A stretch of 64,000 bases of DNA from an uncultured delta proteobacterium (lineage in GTDB: Bacteria; Desulfobacterota; BSN033; UBA1163): contig CAWHBU010000002.1 in assembly GCA_963827685.1 (NCBI GenBank), positions 32,001-96,000 of the forward strand, read 5' to 3'. How positions within the stretch are numbered: position 1 is the first letter of the stretch; the number at the start of each line of letters is the position of its first letter. The notes below the pieces were generated by a model, which worked only from the letters and a program-made list of their open reading frames with translations, did not search any database and was not told the DNA's origin. This document shows, one piece after another, positions 9,114-18,754 of the stretch. The translations under genes were made by a program, and so were the position numbers.

Positions 9114-10853
9114 ATGCTTTTGACAAGCCGACGGAAATTTCTCAAAATATCCGGTCTTGCCTTCGCCTCGATCATTACCGGGGAGACGCGAATAGAGGCC
9201 GCAATGGAGACGGCGGACCTTGTCCTCACAAAAGGAAAACTCATCACAGTCGACATGAAAGATTCCATCGCTCAGGCCGTTGCTGTCAGAAACGGACGCA
9301 TCCTCGATGTCGGAAGCAATGAAGCTATCCGACAATATATCGGTCATGAAACAAACGTCGTTGATCTTCACGGAAGGACAGTCACTCCCGGCCTGATCGA
9401 TTCCCACGCCCATCTGCCTGTCTTTGGCCTTCGGGAAAACGGTGCCTGGGTGAACCTTCAATCCTCGGAATCAAAAGAGGAGATTCTCGACGCAATTGCA
9501 GCCCGGGCAAAGCGACTCCCAAGCGGAGAATGGATCTACGCCTGGGGCATACAAGACATCACCTTTTCGTTCATGGACCGGCACGACCTCGACCGGGTAA
9601 GCCGGGATCATCCGATCCTTGCCGTACACACAAGTGGGCAGTGGGGCTTTGCAAACACACTTGCTTTGCAGCTTTCCGGCATTGACAGAAACACGCCGGA
9701 CCCTGCAGGCGCGAAAATCGGAAAGGACAGTGGAGGAAGCCCTACAGGCCTTCTCGTCCATTATCCCGCGCTCTATCTCGTGAGAAGGAAACTCCCGGTC
9801 CCCTCATATGAAAGGTACGCAGAGGCCCTTTCATTCGCGGCGAATCTCTATGCTGCAGAAGGCGTTACAACCGTGCACGACAATTTCTTTTTTGTTACGG
9901 AGATCTCTTCGACAAATCCTGCTGAGGCTTACCTCAACAGCCTTGAATCCAATAAGATACCCATCAGGGTGAAGCTGTGGCCGTATATACCCAATGTCCG
10001 GGAAGCGCGTCTTGTAGCAAAAGAGCTTTTTTCAAACAGAGACCCCGATCCGAATTCGGATTACAGGGCTCTCGCGCTCTGCAAAAAGGAAAAGGCGTCG
10101 TTCTTCTTCAATGTCTGGGGAGGCTGGAAGATAGCAGCCGATGGGGGCGGGCCTTCAGCACTCTACTACCGGAACCCCTTTGGCCTGCCCATGCATAGTG
10201 AAAACGAATTTCATGAAATGGTGAGCATTTTCCATAAGACAGGACAACAGATCAGTGTTCACGCCGTAGGTGATAAGGCCGTCGATCTCACCCTTTCGGC
10301 ATTTCTTCAGGCATTGAAGGAAGAGCCACGCAGGGACCACCGCCACCGTATTGAGCATGCCCTTTCACCGACGATCAAGGCAAGGGATCTCATTGCAAAA
10401 AGCGGCGTTGTCGTCTCAACCCATCCGCAGTGGATCTACAAGTGGTTCGACAGAGCGCGCCTTCTTCAGTACCTCGACGGAGAAAGAGGTGCGGTCCCTC
10501 TTAAATCCTATCTCGACAGAACCATTCCCGTGGCATTCGGTGCCGACCCTCCGGCTTTTCCCCTCTACAAACCCCAGGTGGCCCTCTGGCAGGCAACGGC
10601 CCGGGTTACGGAAAAGGGTCACCGATTAAGCTCATCGGAATCGATACCTACTAAAAAAGCTCTGAGATGTCAGACGATGGGAAGCGCGTATGCAGGCTTC
10701 CAGGAAAGGGAAATTGGCTCTATCGAAAAGGGAAAGCTCGCTGACCTCGTCGTCTGGGACAAAGACATCCATGCTGTCCAGGTCGATGAGATAAGAGACC
10801 TAAAAGCAGAAGCAACCATTGTTGGCGGCAAGGTCATTTACGGAAAGCTTTGA
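9114..10853 (+). CDS. Tat-exported amidohydrolase (Amidohydro_3/YtcJ-like)
   Basis: SRRKFLK twin-arginine signal after AGGAGG RBS; PGLIDSHAH, VHAVGD, RHRIEH, FGAD, GSIEKGKLAD. Confidence 0.9.
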   Translation: MLLTSRRKFLKISGLAFASIITGETRIEAAMETADLVLTKGKLITVDMKDSIAQAVAVRNGRILDVGSNEAIRQYIGHETNVVDLHGRTVTPGLIDSHAHLPVFGLRENGAWVNLQSSESKEEILDAIAARAKRLPSGEWIYAWGIQDITFSFMDRHDLDRVSRDHPILAVHTSGQWGFANTLALQLSGIDRNTPDPAGAKIGKDSGGSPTGLLVHYPALYLVRRKLPVPSYERYAEALSFAANLYAAEGVTTVHDNFFFVTEISSTNPAEAYLNSLESNKIPIRVKLWPYIPNVREARLVAKELFSNRDPDPNSDYRALALCKKEKASFFFNVWGGWKIAADGGGPSALYYRNPFGLPMHSENEFHEMVSIFHKTGQQISVHAVGDKAVDLTLSAFLQALKEEPRRDHRHRIEHALSPTIKARDLIAKSGVVVSTHPQWIYKWFDRARLLQYLDGERGAVPLKSYLDRTIPVAFGADPPAFPLYKPQVALWQATARVTEKGHRLSSSESIPTKKALRCQTMGSAYAGFQEREIGSIEKGKLADLVVWDKDIHAVQVDEIRDLKAEATIVGGKVIYGKL

Positions 10854-10906
10854 GTATTGGGGGCAGGCCTTGACGGGCTGTTGAAAAAGGCAAAATTACT
10901 CAAACT

Positions 10907-10932
10907 GTCATGCCGAACTCGTTTCGGCATCT
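10907..10932. repeat. REP-like palindrome GTCATGCCGAACTCGTTTCGGCATCT
   Basis: ATGCCGAA/TTCGGCAT stem downstream of the amidohydrolase. Confidence 0.6.
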
Positions 10933-10954
10933 AATAGAAATCAGGGTGAAGGGA

Positions 10955-11075
10955 AGGCCAGGGGGTCAATTCTTCAATCATTCCATTTTCCAAGAAGGCC
11001 TTTGAATAAATCCTGAGCATTTCGATCATCGCTCAGCCGATCTCAATCTCCTTCGCTCCTTGCTCACCGATCTGG
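10955..11075 (-). repeat. RAYT-like transposase 3' remnant, copy 2
   Basis: Starts GGGGTCAATTC; ~110 nt align by eye with 13855-13978. Confidence 0.65.
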
Positions 11076-11349
11076 AGGGAAGTCAAGGGGGGCGTTCGTG
11101 CGGGGCGTGCCCAGCGATCTTGATCTCTTAATCTAACCTCTTCCGGTAACTGCCTCCCGTCCCAATCTTTGTCCTCCAAGAACCAGCCACCCCAAGGCTC
11201 TGTGAAGCTCGCTCTTCATGAACATCCCCTATTTTTTACTTGGATTAAGAGAGATCGGGCGTTTGAAATAGACTTCCTGAGGGGGTCGGTTTCCCAAAAA
11301 GGTATGCATCCTCTCCCTGCTATAAAATAGAAAGTACCTTGTTAGGCTG

Positions 11350-11787
11350 TCACGAACCTCCAAGATATGCATCCCGCACCTCTTCGTTGTCCTTCATCTC
11401 TTCCAGGCTTTCCTGAATGATCGTTCGTCCCTGGCGCATTATGGAATGAACCAACGGGAGACTTTCGATTCCACCTTTCGAAGGAGAAGGTGGGACAAGG
11501 AACTTGAATAGCCCCGACAACAAGAAGGGGTCACTTTGATTCCCCACATCGTCTCTGGATGTAATCCCAATGTGGTATGTTCCTGGTTCCTTGGGGAATT
11601 CAGGCCACTCATCTGGGACGATCAACTCCGTCTTCCCGATGACTGGCTTGGAAAGGATGTCAGGTGTATTCTCCCACAAGAACTTGGCGGGATCATGAAT
11701 TTTGCCATCTTTGCTGACATACACCACATAGCTTGTAGCTTCGGGAACAGGTCCCCACCAAATGCGTCTTTTATGAATTAATGGCAT
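11350..11787 (-). CDS. Hypothetical protein, FN3-like beta-sandwich with LivF-like C-terminal tail
   Basis: W.PVPEATSYVVY ... GTYHIGITSRDDVGNQS is FN3-like; ends DNEEVRDAYLGGS; AGGAG RBS. Confidence 0.6.
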   Translation of the reverse strand: MPLIHKRRIWWGPVPEATSYVVYVSKDGKIHDPAKFLWENTPDILSKPVIGKTELIVPDEWPEFPKEPGTYHIGITSRDDVGNQSDPFLLSGLFKFLVPPSPSKGGIESLPLVHSIMRQGRTIIQESLEEMKDNEEVRDAYLGGS

Positions 11788-11937
11788 GGGTTCTCCTTTC
11801 TAACCCATCCCACCCATCTCTGCTTTCCCAGCAAAGCCGGGGTTGGGCGGGGATGGTATCACTTTGGGGGAAGGTCGGGCCTTCACGTTCCAGAGTCCAG
11901 GATACTTGAGGATCTTTTGCACGGATCCTCTATTTGG

Positions 11938-13071
11938 TTAGATTTCCATTACGGAGTCGAAACTTCCGAATGTGTTTATCTCACGTGCCTGATTCTTCCA
12001 GTCTACCGTCCACTCACCGTCAACAACAAATTTGTATCGGTACCTGCCGTGAGGTAACCTCATCCGCTTCTCCCAGAACCCGTTTTCGCCGCGGGCAAGC
12101 CTGCTCCCATCGTTTATCTGCCAATCGTTAAAGTCACCGGCGACGTAGATGTCTTTCGCTGCCGATGATTCCATAGCGAATGTCACTTCCTTTATATCCG
12201 GCTCGAATGATGTTTCGATCGCTTCTTGTGTGGACAAGACATTTTCCCGTTTTTCGGGAACCTGAACGGACATGGATGACGCGATCGGTTTCTCAGGATC
12301 CTCTACACCGTCCAGCCTCAGGGTCTCATAGCAAAGCGCCGTGTAGTCCTTGGCACCGTTCGATGTCTTATCGAAATCAATGACGGAGACACCTTCGGAT
12401 ACCGCTCGTTTGAGTGCAACATTGAGTCGTATGACGGTCTGAAACATTCGATCTCCAAAGAAGGCCTTTAATTCATCGAGCACCGACTGCGAATATGTGG
12501 TTCGCATGTCGAAAAGGGTGGCGAGTGCATTCGGCCGAGGAGCGTGTCCGATCTTCGTCTTGATGAGTTCGACCATTCCCAGGAGCTTACCGACGCCCAT
12601 AAGAGTAAAGGCGCTCATATCGATGGGGACGATGACCTGGTCAGCGGCTCTCAGGGCATTGAAGGTGAGGAAGCCGAGGCTGGGCGGACAATCAATAATG
12701 ATGTATTCGTACGGTGACGGGTAGGAGGACAATACTCTGTAAAGTTCTGAGACCGCATCGTCTTTACCTTTGAACTCCTGCTCCAGGGTGCTCAGCTGGA
12801 TATTTGATGGCACGATGTCAAAGTTCCGGGAGACATTTGCTATGCAACTGTCCAATGACCGCCTCTTCTCGGGATTGTCCGTCAAGACGTAGTAAATGGA
12901 TTTGTCTGTTGGCAGGTTACTTGCCCTTAAACCAAAGGATGCATGAGCCTGAGGGTCCAGATCGATAAGGAGAGTCCTTCTTCCGGTAGCGGCTAAGGCG
13001 GCGCTTACATTTATGGCGGTTGTCGTCTTACCGCATCCACCTTTCTGATTTGCTATGGCAATCATCTTCAT
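11938..13071 (-). CDS. ParA/Soj-family ATPase fused to C-terminal CBM48 (AMPK-beta-like glycogen-binding) domain
   Basis: NQKGGCGKTTT, IDLDPQAH, IIDCPPSLG; C-terminal VAGDFNDW...GRYRYKFVVDGEW..D...NTFG. Confidence 0.9.
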   Translation of the reverse strand: MKMIAIANQKGGCGKTTTAINVSAALAATGRRTLLIDLDPQAHASFGLRASNLPTDKSIYYVLTDNPEKRRSLDSCIANVSRNFDIVPSNIQLSTLEQEFKGKDDAVSELYRVLSSYPSPYEYIIIDCPPSLGFLTFNALRAADQVIVPIDMSAFTLMGVGKLLGMVELIKTKIGHAPRPNALATLFDMRTTYSQSVLDELKAFFGDRMFQTVIRLNVALKRAVSEGVSVIDFDKTSNGAKDYTALCYETLRLDGVEDPEKPIASSMSVQVPEKRENVLSTQEAIETSFEPDIKEVTFAMESSAAKDIYVAGDFNDWQINDGSRLARGENGFWEKRMRLPHGRYRYKFVVDGEWTVDWKNQAREINTFGSFDSVMEI

Positions 13072-13384
13072 ACCTCATCCCTCCTTTTCATTCGAAGCTA
13101 CGGCAGACACATACTCTTACATTCCAGGACGAGCGAATATCTTCGTCGCCCTCTTCAGAATAACCATTTCCAATTTGAATCAACGCTATTCTTGGCAACT
13201 CGTACCGCTGTATGGTCCGTTTTTTGTCTGTAATGTGTCTCAATGGGCGGTGTTCTGGGGAGGGGGATACGCGACGGAGGGTTAACGGTGTTATCCCTCC
13301 CTGGTGCATTCTTTTTGGTGTGACGTTTGTCTCGCCCATTTAGCGACTGGCGTCACCGTCTTTTTTCAGAACTAATTACGACCG

Positions 13385-13734
13385 TCCCGATGTCAATTGA
13401 ACAAAGACCACTGGTTACAAGTAACGATCTTTAATTCTGTATCGTCGATAGATGACGATATCTGTAAAAATGGGCGTTTTTTGAAAAGAATCAGACTCAA
13501 AATCTCTCGAATTGTATAAAGGCTTATACCCAGATTCAGATGTTTCTTGAGAATAGCGACCAGGACATTGACGGCGATTGCAATCCAGATATAAGTCATT
13601 ACCGCCTTTTCGGTTATGCCAAAAAGGCCTTGATTCGTAAACGCTGCATGACTGGTTTGAAAAAATTCCACCTGCCAGCGGCGGCGCAAAAGTTCGGCAC
13701 TCGTCAGTGCCTCAAAAAGCCCTTTTAATAACAC
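13385..13734 (-). pseudogene. IS4-family transposase C-terminal remnant
   Basis: RRRWQVEFF...FGITEKAVMTYIWIAIAV..LVAILKKHLNL..SLYTI; N-terminal part absent. Confidence 0.8.
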
Positions 13735-13854
13735 AAAATATGGTATTAATCAGGTTCTTTACCACAAAATGGCTATTAGTCAATAGAAAAATTGGCTTGT
13801 GTGAAAATTATCTTTTAATTTTATAGAATTACCTGGCGTTTAAGCCCCAGGAGG

Positions 13855-13990
13855 AAAAGCCAAGGGGAAAATCCTTGAATCGTTACATTTCCCAAGAAAC
13901 CCTTTGAACAACTTCTGAGCATTTCGATCAATGCTCAGCCGATCCCTCAATCTCCTTCGCTCCTGGCCCACCGATCTGTAACCCACGTTC
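13855..13990 (-). repeat. RAYT-like transposase 3' remnant, copy 3
   Basis: Reverse strand reads VGYRSVGQERRRLRDRLSIDRNAQKLFKGFLGKCNDSRIFP. Confidence 0.65.
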
Positions 13991-14112
13991 AGCATATTGT
14001 CATATGGCTTATCAGCGGTGAGGAATTGACCTATTTTTCTTTCTTAAATACTTTGTTAGGATTGCCTGACCCCCTCCGTCATATTTTATAGCTGTCAGGT
14101 TGGTAGTAAGAA

Positions 14113-14613
14113 TTACTGGCTTAAAGATTTCAGATACTTGAAGCCAAAGAGGGCATCGGTAACAAGGATATATGATGTTATAGCTTTAGAGTATGTGTAG
14201 ACCCTTTCTTTCCTTTCCATCACTAACTCTCCCATTTTCACGGGAAATGCATCTTCCACACCACAGCTCAGCTGCAGCCATTCACCTGTCTTCACCCCCC
14301 CCTCTTCGAGATTGATCGAAAATGGGCTTTTTCCGAATCCGAGAGGTCTGGACGTTAATTGACTTGGATCATACGTTTCCTTACAGACTTTGCAGTAGGC
14401 GTGGCCTTTATCTGCCTTAATTAAATCCAGGACTATGTAGCCAAAATAGTCTGATTCAACTTTAACGGTTTCCGAGGGGGATGAAGCAATTGCGTCCAGT
14501 ATTTCGGTGGCCTCGTGGACTTTTTGATCAGAGTAGTACTTAAGGCGGTCAATTACGTCTGACAGCACAAAATCAAAGATAGCGTTATCATTTTTATACA
14601 TCACTGTTCTCAT
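14113..14613 (-). CDS. Hypothetical protein (CxxC; C-terminus possibly chimeric)
   Basis: 166-aa ORF with GGAGG RBS; no recognised family. Confidence 0.55.
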   Translation of the reverse strand: MRTVMYKNDNAIFDFVLSDVIDRLKYYSDQKVHEATEILDAIASSPSETVKVESDYFGYIVLDLIKADKGHAYCKVCKETYDPSQLTSRPLGFGKSPFSINLEEGGVKTGEWLQLSCGVEDAFPVKMGELVMERKERVYTYSKAITSYILVTDALFGFKYLKSLSQ

Positions 14614-15188
14614 GGGACCTCCATTGTGGTTGTGGACGAATGAATTGTTGGTGAATAGGAGCCTTCTCTAAAAATTAATATATATAGAAGTTAAGGGTAT
14701 CCCTGATTGTTTAGCTGAGGAAAATAATGGGGATGGAGAGAAGGCAACTGAGGGAAGGGAGGTTCTTTGGAGCCAGGGTTTCAATACGGTTTTTATGTTG
14801 CAACATTCAAAGAGGTTCATATAGTGGCAGGATATGTGCAGTTTAGAGTTCTTTATTTATCACCTTATTTGTTTTTCCTTCGTTAATCTGAATAGACTCA
14901 AAATTGAATGGCGGAATCAATCTTGGTTTCATCCCCCGTTTATTGATTTTTAGAGAAGTAGACAAAGTTAATGTTTAACAACAGTTACGGTTACATGACA
15001 TTCTAAATAAAGGAAGGTTAGAGACTTAAAAAGACGGTGGAATGTATAGCCTCTCATGGAAATATACCTCTTTTTTTACTCCAAGAAAGGCATAAAAATT
15101 TTCTATAAAAATTTTTCTTGACAATTTTTTTATTTTGTGTAATAAACGGCATCGTAAATTGTATATAATTTTATATCTGAATCGGTTT

Positions 15189-15857
15189 ATGGAACCAATA
15201 GCAGAGAAAAAATTATTAAATAGGGAGATTGTTTACAATAAAATTCGTGAAGATATTGTTTATTGCCGGCTAAAACCTGGGGTAAGACTAATCGAAGAAG
15301 ATCTAGCGAAAAGTTTTAACGTCAGTAAAACCCCGTTACGCGAAGCATTAAGTCAATTGAATGCGGAAGGTTTTGTTGAGTATCTTCCCAACAGGGGAGT
15401 GAGAGTAGCGAGTTTATCGGTTAAGGAAGTATACGAAATATACAGCATTAGGGCTGTTTTGGAAGGATATGCTGCCAGGCTGGCCGCTAAACTAATCATA
15501 CCTAAGGGCATAGGAAAGCTAAACTTTTTCCAAAAACAATTAGAAAAACATGGAGGAAATAACAATTTTCCTGGGTGGCTTCAAAATAATACAAGATTCC
15601 ACCTTTATATCTCAGAAATTGGTGGGAATCAACATTTGTTTAATAGTATCCGACAGTTCCAAAGGCGTGTGTTCAGATATGGATACCTAGCCATATCCAT
15701 TCCCGGACACATTGAAAATTATATTTGCATCCACGAAAAAGTCATTGAGGCATTGGCAAATAAGAATTCCGATGGCGCTGAGCAATTTATGAAAAAACAT
15801 TTAATGGAAGTTCGTGACATTCTGGCGGATTTTCTGGAAAAGTATCCAGGATTCTAA
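15189..15857 (+). CDS. GntR-family (FCD) transcriptional regulator
   Basis: LKPGVRLIEEDLAKSFNVSKTPLREAL wHTH; NTRFH, GNQHL and IHEKV..AL FCD motifs. Confidence 0.93.
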   Translation: MEPIAEKKLLNREIVYNKIREDIVYCRLKPGVRLIEEDLAKSFNVSKTPLREALSQLNAEGFVEYLPNRGVRVASLSVKEVYEIYSIRAVLEGYAARLAAKLIIPKGIGKLNFFQKQLEKHGGNNNFPGWLQNNTRFHLYISEIGGNQHLFNSIRQFQRRVFRYGYLAISIPGHIENYICIHEKVIEALANKNSDGAEQFMKKHLMEVRDILADFLEKYPGF

Positions 15858-15946
15858 AGAAAAATTTACCGAACTGCATAAACTTTGTAATTTTAATACA
15901 GTGAAGAGTTTAGTTTTAAATAATAAATTTCTTCTGGAGGTTTTAA

Positions 15947-16375
15947 ATGAAATTATTTAAAAAAATATGTGAAATTGATGAAAAGGATTTAGTAAAAATT
16001 GAGACAGTTAACGGGGTTCTATGGATAAAAAGATATTTTAGGGAGCCTGCTGGCAATATTGCTGTAGAAGATTTTCCCCCAGGTCAAATACTAAGATGGA
16101 GTTACTGGCACGATGAGGTTCACTATATTATTAAGGGGAAAGCAGAAATTACATTCTCCATGCCGCCCTTTCATCAGAAGGAGGAGAAAATCGTAGCGGA
16201 GGCGGGCGATGTTTATATGATTTATAAGGGGGAAAGTTTAACTTTTAAAGTTATTTCTGAGGAGCCGTTCAGGCATCTATGTATTATTATGCCCGCAATA
16301 CCGATACCCAGCGGTGACCACCTCGTCCTCGATCAAATGAAGAAGTCGGCATATCCTGGTGAAAAGAGAAAATAA
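15947..16375 (+). CDS. Cupin-domain protein (EutQ-like)
   Basis: WSYWHDEVHYIIKG ... AEAGDVYMIYKG. Confidence 0.8.
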   Translation: MKLFKKICEIDEKDLVKIETVNGVLWIKRYFREPAGNIAVEDFPPGQILRWSYWHDEVHYIIKGKAEITFSMPPFHQKEEKIVAEAGDVYMIYKGESLTFKVISEEPFRHLCIIMPAIPIPSGDHLVLDQMKKSAYPGEKRK

Positions 16376-16590
16376 AGAGATCATTTCAATAATATACGAG
16401 TGAAAGAAAGCCCCAAAAATCTTCAATGAAATAAGGGTATTTTGGTAAAGCCTAAAAATAATTATCACCGTATTAATACCATAAGTTTGTAACGAAGATC
16501 AGAGTTCATAGTTCAATAAGAAAGATAACAAGACAAGCCTTTTATTTAAGAATTTGAGCAGAGGGCTGAATTTTAATCCGGGGGTAGAAA

Positions 16591-18717
16591 ATGGAGCAAA
16601 TTATAAGAACCTGCTGTCAAGCGAGTCACTCTGAGTGCGGTGTCCTTGCTCATGTTCGGGATGGAAAAGTGATTAAGATTGAGGGGGATCCCGAACATCC
16701 AATGAATCGGAGTTATATATGCCCCAAGGGAAAAAATTATACTCAATTTATATACCACCCCGACCGACTTAAATATCCTTTAAAAAGAACAGGCTTAAGA
16801 GGCGAAGGGAAATGGGCCCGGATATCGTGGCCTGAGGCCCTCGATACTATTGCTTATAAGCTAAATGAAATCTGTAAGAAAGATGGCCCCTTGGCAGTCA
16901 CGACGTCCTTGGGAACAGGACCTAAGGGTTATGAATTCATGGTCTTTCAATTAGCTTATGCTTTAGGCTGTAATGCCATGTATGCTACACATATGTGCTA
17001 TGTACCATCCCGTATTGCCGGCATGATTACCGTCGGTGCCGATATTGCTCAAGAAAGAGGCCCTGATTACCTCAACTCAAAGTGTATATTGGTCTGGGGA
17101 GGTAATCCCGTCATCTCACATCCACCTAGAGGAAGAGATATATTAGAAGCGAAAAAGAAGGGCGCCAAACTGATTGTAGTAGACCCAAGGAAGACGGTGC
17201 TGGCGTCAAAAGCTGATATTTGGCTTCAGGTAAGGCCAGCTACAGATGATGCACTAGCTTTAGGCTTCCTAAATGTACTCATAAATGAGAAACTTTACGA
17301 TAAGCAGTTTGTCGAAAACTGGTGTATAGGATTTGACAAACTGGAGAAGCACATCCAATCCTATACTCCAGAAAAAGTAGCTGAAATTACATGGATCCCA
17401 GCCGAAAAGATAAAAGCCGCTGCGAGGCTTTACGGCAGTGCCAAGCCAGCTGCGTCAACATTACATCATCGAGTTGCCGTAGAACACCACACCAACAGTT
17501 TTCAGACACTACGAACATTCTATATTATTATGGCTCTCGGAGGTAGCATAGATGCAGCAGGAGGAAATCTGATATCTGATTTTCCTAAGGGATTCAGAGG
17601 ACTATGGAGTCTTTTTAATGATCCAACCCTGCGTCCTCCTGGGAGAGATGAACCAAATCGTCTGGGGGCAAAAGAGTTTCCAATGTATTCTGGCCCAGAA
17701 GCAATTTATCGACCCGTTTCGCATAATCCATCGGTTATAAAAGCAATGTTGACCGGGAAGCCATATCCAGTCAAGGCTATGTTTGCATTTAACAACGTTG
17801 CAGTCTCCTCAGAAAGTACCAATGACACTTGGGCTGCGCTCAATAATTTGGAGTTTTCCGTGGTATCAGACTTCTTCATGACGCCTACGGCGGAGTTGGC
17901 CGATATTGTTCTCCCATCCGCCACCTGGCTGGAAAAGGATGAGATCCCCACCATTTCTTATGAGAATTTTATATGCGCTCGCCAGAAAGTTGTGGAACCC
18001 CTTTATGAATGCTGGGATGATAAGAAGATGATCTTGGAATTAGCGCCAAGACTAGGAGTTAAAAAGTGGTTTCCATGGGATAATGTTGAAGAGTTTAACA
18101 ATTGGCAACTGGCAGATATGGATTTGACGTTTAATGATTTAAAGGAAAAGGGCTACATAATTGAACCCCGAAATTATAAAAAATATGAGACTAGAGGTTT
18201 TGCAACTCCTTCTGGTAAAATCGAGCTATATTCGAGCACACTTGAAAAATACGGCTACGAACCACTCCCTCATTATCATGAGAATCCTGAGAGTCCAATT
18301 AATACCCCGGACCTTTTGCTGGAATTCCCTCTTGTATTGATTACTGGTGCGCGTCATATTGCATTTTTTCATTCAGAGGGTCGGCAAATACCGAATTTGC
18401 GAAAGTTGAACCCCTTCCCGATATTAGAGTTGCACACTGATACAGCAAAAGAATTGGGTATTAGTGATGGGGACTGGGTATGGATTGAAACCCCAAGGGG
18501 AAAGGGTAGGATTAAACAGATGGCAAAACTAACTTCAGATATCGATCCGCGAGTATGTAGTGCCGCACACCATTGGTGGTTCCCTGAAGACCCAGGGCCG
18601 GACCATGGTATTTGGAGGTCAAATGTAAATGTTGTTACGTGCATTGATCCTCCATATGATCCAGTGGTGGGAGCGGCCCCATTAAGGGGTCTGTTATGTA
18701 AAGTTTATAAGGCATAG
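16591..18717 (+). CDS. Mo/W-bisPGD oxidoreductase, acetylene-hydratase-like clade
   Basis: N-terminal Fe-S region CCQASHSEC...CPKG, HPDRLKYPLKR, WGGNP, VDPR, PATDDALA, TPTAELADIVLP, FFHSEGRQ. Confidence 0.9.
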   Translation: MEQIIRTCCQASHSECGVLAHVRDGKVIKIEGDPEHPMNRSYICPKGKNYTQFIYHPDRLKYPLKRTGLRGEGKWARISWPEALDTIAYKLNEICKKDGPLAVTTSLGTGPKGYEFMVFQLAYALGCNAMYATHMCYVPSRIAGMITVGADIAQERGPDYLNSKCILVWGGNPVISHPPRGRDILEAKKKGAKLIVVDPRKTVLASKADIWLQVRPATDDALALGFLNVLINEKLYDKQFVENWCIGFDKLEKHIQSYTPEKVAEITWIPAEKIKAAARLYGSAKPAASTLHHRVAVEHHTNSFQTLRTFYIIMALGGSIDAAGGNLISDFPKGFRGLWSLFNDPTLRPPGRDEPNRLGAKEFPMYSGPEAIYRPVSHNPSVIKAMLTGKPYPVKAMFAFNNVAVSSESTNDTWAALNNLEFSVVSDFFMTPTAELADIVLPSATWLEKDEIPTISYENFICARQKVVEPLYECWDDKKMILELAPRLGVKKWFPWDNVEEFNNWQLADMDLTFNDLKEKGYIIEPRNYKKYETRGFATPSGKIELYSSTLEKYGYEPLPHYHENPESPINTPDLLLEFPLVLITGARHIAFFHSEGRQIPNLRKLNPFPILELHTDTAKELGISDGDWVWIETPRGKGRIKQMAKLTSDIDPRVCSAAHHWWFPEDPGPDHGIWRSNVNVVTCIDPPYDPVVGAAPLRGLLCKVYKA

Positions 18718-18754
18718 ATTACGCGACAATTTTGGAAAGGAGGGAAAGATAGTA

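Noticed and set aside
13192-13208. Sigma-54-like TGGCA...GC motif
   Set aside because: GG-GC spacing is one base too long and the motif points away from parA.
14795-14806. Palindrome ATGTTGCAACAT as GntR operator
   Set aside because: Single 12-bp palindrome about 390 bp from the gene, with no second copy noticed.
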